64,000 nt of DNA from an archaeon (GTDB lineage: Archaea; Hydrothermarchaeota; Hydrothermarchaeia; JALTZZ01). Of the stretch, positions 62,418-64,000 are shown piece after piece. A program made the translations under genes and the position numbers. The notes under the pieces were generated by a model. It had not been told where the DNA came from and made no database searches. It was given only the letters and a program-made list of their open reading frames with translations. Numbering within the stretch: the stretch's first letter is position 1; each line of letters begins with the position of its first letter. The DNA lies in assembly GCA_027051165.1 (NCBI GenBank), contig JALTZZ010000029.1, forward strand, positions 9,001 to 73,000. The letters run 5' to 3'.

Positions 62418-63335
62418 CTAACTCACCAGTATAGGGAACTTGTCCACAACTTTCTTGTAGTGCTCTATAGCTTGCATCCTCAGAAACAAATAATGCTTGC
62501 TCCCTACTTTAACGCTCGCCCTTCCTTGCATAAAATCGGCCACACTTTCAGGGATATTATGCAAAACGAAAAAATTATCAACCCATTTTCTTATAGCATT
62601 TGCATCAATACGTGAGTTAACAGGAGGCCTCCATTTTCTTGGGTTAAGTCTCGCATACCATGATTTATATTTAAGCTTTTTATTTATAGATCTCAACTTC
62701 TCAGCAAACTCCGAAGGAAAGACTGCTATAAAACTTCTTTTTGTTCCTCTTGAAAATTCTACCATAGGATATGCCGCCACGTTGCCGTGATATTCTATTT
62801 TATTCTTGTCAAAATTTCGGAGAGCCAATATGGAAGGTTTTGCTCTCAATCCTGTAAAAACAAGCCATTGGTATAGAATTAAAGTATCTTCATCCCACTT
62901 CTCTTTGATTAAATAGTAACCTTGTTTTATCTCTTCATTAGTTAGATAAACTTCTCTTACACCAGATTTTGGGATTTTAAGAAAGCTTGAAGATAGAATA
63001 TCCATTGCTATCCATCTGTTCATCATCTCTCTTTCAACGAGATAGTGAATTAAGTTCCTCACGGCTCTAACGAAACGTTCTTTATCCGTGCATTTATAGA
63101 AAGCCTTCCTAAGATCTTCTTTTGATTTAATGGGTTTATCTAAGTATTTATCAAGGATTTTTATTATTTCGTTAAGATATTCTTTACTCGTTATTTTTGG
63201 CTTCTTTTCTATTGTTAGGTAGTTTATGAAGTCTTTTTCATCAACATCATACCAATTTATTATGTATCCTTCTATTTGAATTATATTTTCATTTTCGCAA
63301 GGCGGAGGCCTCGGGTTCGAATCCCGACGGGTCCA
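62418..63335 (-). CDS. int: Integrase C-terminal fragment int(C) of an SSV-type split tyrosine integrase (with in-frame att core)
   Basis: The minus-strand ORF encodes the core peptide WTRRDSNPRPPPCE, then NENIIQIEGY...FTGLRAKP...HNIPESVADFMQGRASVKVGSKHY (recombinase R / H..R / Y residues). Upstream of the core, the listed ORF start MLILCKTNKK is host-derived read-through. Confidence 0.75.
   Translation of the reverse strand, partial: WTRRDSNPRPPPCENENIIQIEGYIINWYDVDEKDFINYLTIEKKPKITSKEYLNEIIKILDKYLDKPIKSKEDLRKAFYKCTDKERFVRAVRNLIHYLVEREMMNRWIAMDILSSSFLKIPKSGVREVYLTNEEIKQGYYLIKEKWDEDTLILYQWLVFTGLRAKPSILALRNFDKNKIEYHGNVAAYPMVEFSRGTKRSFIAVFPSEFAEKLRSINKKLKYKSWYARLNPRKWRPPVNSRIDANAIRKWVDNFFVLHNIPESVADFMQGRASVKVGSKHYLFLRMQAIEHYKKVVDKFPILVS
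63294..63335 (+). repeat. attR core (42 bp partial tRNA-Ala copy)
   Basis: Identical to 28935-28976. Its flank 63336-~63400 is ~80% similar to 28977-~29045. Confidence 0.9.
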
Positions 63336-63552
63336 CTTTTTATTTGTTTTACACAAAATAAGCATGAATTAAGCTTATTTTTTGCAAAATTATTTTCATT
63401 TTTAACATTATTTTTGCACTTTTCTATAGATTCTAAATAATCCTCTTACAGAAAGCATAAATATTACTGGAGTATAGAAAAGATAAATTTATCAAAATTT
63501 TTATGCGTTGGAAAGATTGATCCCTTAATCTCAAGCCACATCTTACAAGAGA

Positions 63553-63783
63553 TTATATCTTCTCCTTCAAAAGGTTTATTATGTCGCTCTTTATCGACAT
63601 AACCTCCTGCCTTAAGAATTTGATCTCATCCTTTAAATCTTTCATCTCGCTTTCTATACGCTCGAACCTCTTCCCAACGTATCCCCCAAATTCGTCAAAT
63701 CTCTTATCCATAACCCCCTTGCGGGATGAGTGATGCAAGAGGGTTAGTTTTTCTATAAAAACTAATTTTCCAAGAGAAAACAA
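63553..63783 (-). CDS. Hypothetical coiled-coil protein (host side)
   Basis: 76-aa ORF; EMKDLKDEIKFLRQEVMSIK. Confidence 0.3.
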   Translation of the reverse strand: MFSLGKLVFIEKLTLLHHSSRKGVMDKRFDEFGGYVGKRFERIESEMKDLKDEIKFLRQEVMSIKSDIINLLKEKI

Positions 63784-64000
63784 GTTTTCTTATAAAAGGA
63801 CATTTGCATTAGAAACGAAGCAAAATTTTCCAGACGAAACGCAGAAAGATTTATATAGGGGAAGGGGTATTAACCCCTTCTCCGGTGATAGGCATGAAAC
63901 AGCCACTAATTCCATATTTAGCTCATCCTACGTGGATAATCTTCAAACAAATCTTTTTAGTAGAAAAGTTGTGAAGAAGGAGATGGCTAAAGCAGGGATA

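Larger units (their letters stand above)
28935..63335. mobile_element. Integrated head-tailed (HK97-like) archaeal provirus, ~34.4 kb, inserted in tRNA-Ala(CGC)
   Basis: Perfect 42-bp direct repeat TTCGCAAGGCGGAGGCCTCGGGTTCGAATCCCGACGGGTCCA at 28935-28976 and 63294-63335; split integrase at both ends; complete caudoviral morphogenesis module inside. Confidence 0.85.

Noticed and set aside
63336-63365. N-terminal extension MLILCKTNKK of the right-end integrase ORF
   Set aside because: Encoded by the host flank outside the att core. In the excised form the integrase N-terminus comes from int(N) at the other end.

Overview
This window is an AT-rich archaeal (euryarchaeon-like) chromosomal segment in two parts. 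Positions 1-28,976 carry host housekeeping genes: CutA, a flavodiiron protein, SRP19, an ERCC4/XPF-type nuclease, an NcsA/TtuA-type tRNA thiolase, an S2P protease, an archaeal-type PEP carboxylase, a TRAM protein, a TGT-like protein, a thermosome subunit, MutS, a ClC channel, TatA, a Bax1/DUF790-like nuclease, MoeA, TFE, two HD hydrolases and a Cas4-like nuclease not linked to CRISPR. This part ends at a tRNA-Ala(CGC) gene at 28904-28976. From 28,935 to 63,335 lies a ~34.4-kb integrated head-tailed (HK97-like) provirus. It is bounded by a perfect 42-bp direct repeat (the 3' part of tRNA-Ala) that sits in frame inside a split SSV-type tyrosine integrase gene: int(N) at the left end and int(C) at the right end. 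The provirus has a regulatory/replication module containing RHH regulators, two paralogous SWIM zinc-finger proteins, a PD-(D/E)XK nuclease, a palindromic GTGTCAAG-N6-CTTGACAC array, a virus-encoded PCNA and a Cas4-like nuclease. It also has a packaging/morphogenesis module: terS candidate with CTTGAC repeats, terL, portal, MuF-like protein, prohead protease, decoration-like protein, MCP, connector, gp10-like protein, major tail protein, a tail chaperone with a candidate -1 frameshift, tape measure protein and a distal tail protein. Several oppositely oriented inserted cassettes interrupt the structural module. The most notable is a 4-gene minus-strand cassette (40154-42320) whose two larger proteins carry RAMP-like (Cas7/Cas6-like) signatures. 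There is also a repeat-flanked 184-aa gene and a lipobox lipoprotein in an AT-rich island. A recurring TTTTTAAAGTCT promoter-like motif sits 25-26 nt upstream of five provirus start codons, which suggests leaderless transcripts. No CRISPR array, rRNA or recognisable ncRNA was seen. All functional calls come from motif-level reading of the translations without database searches.
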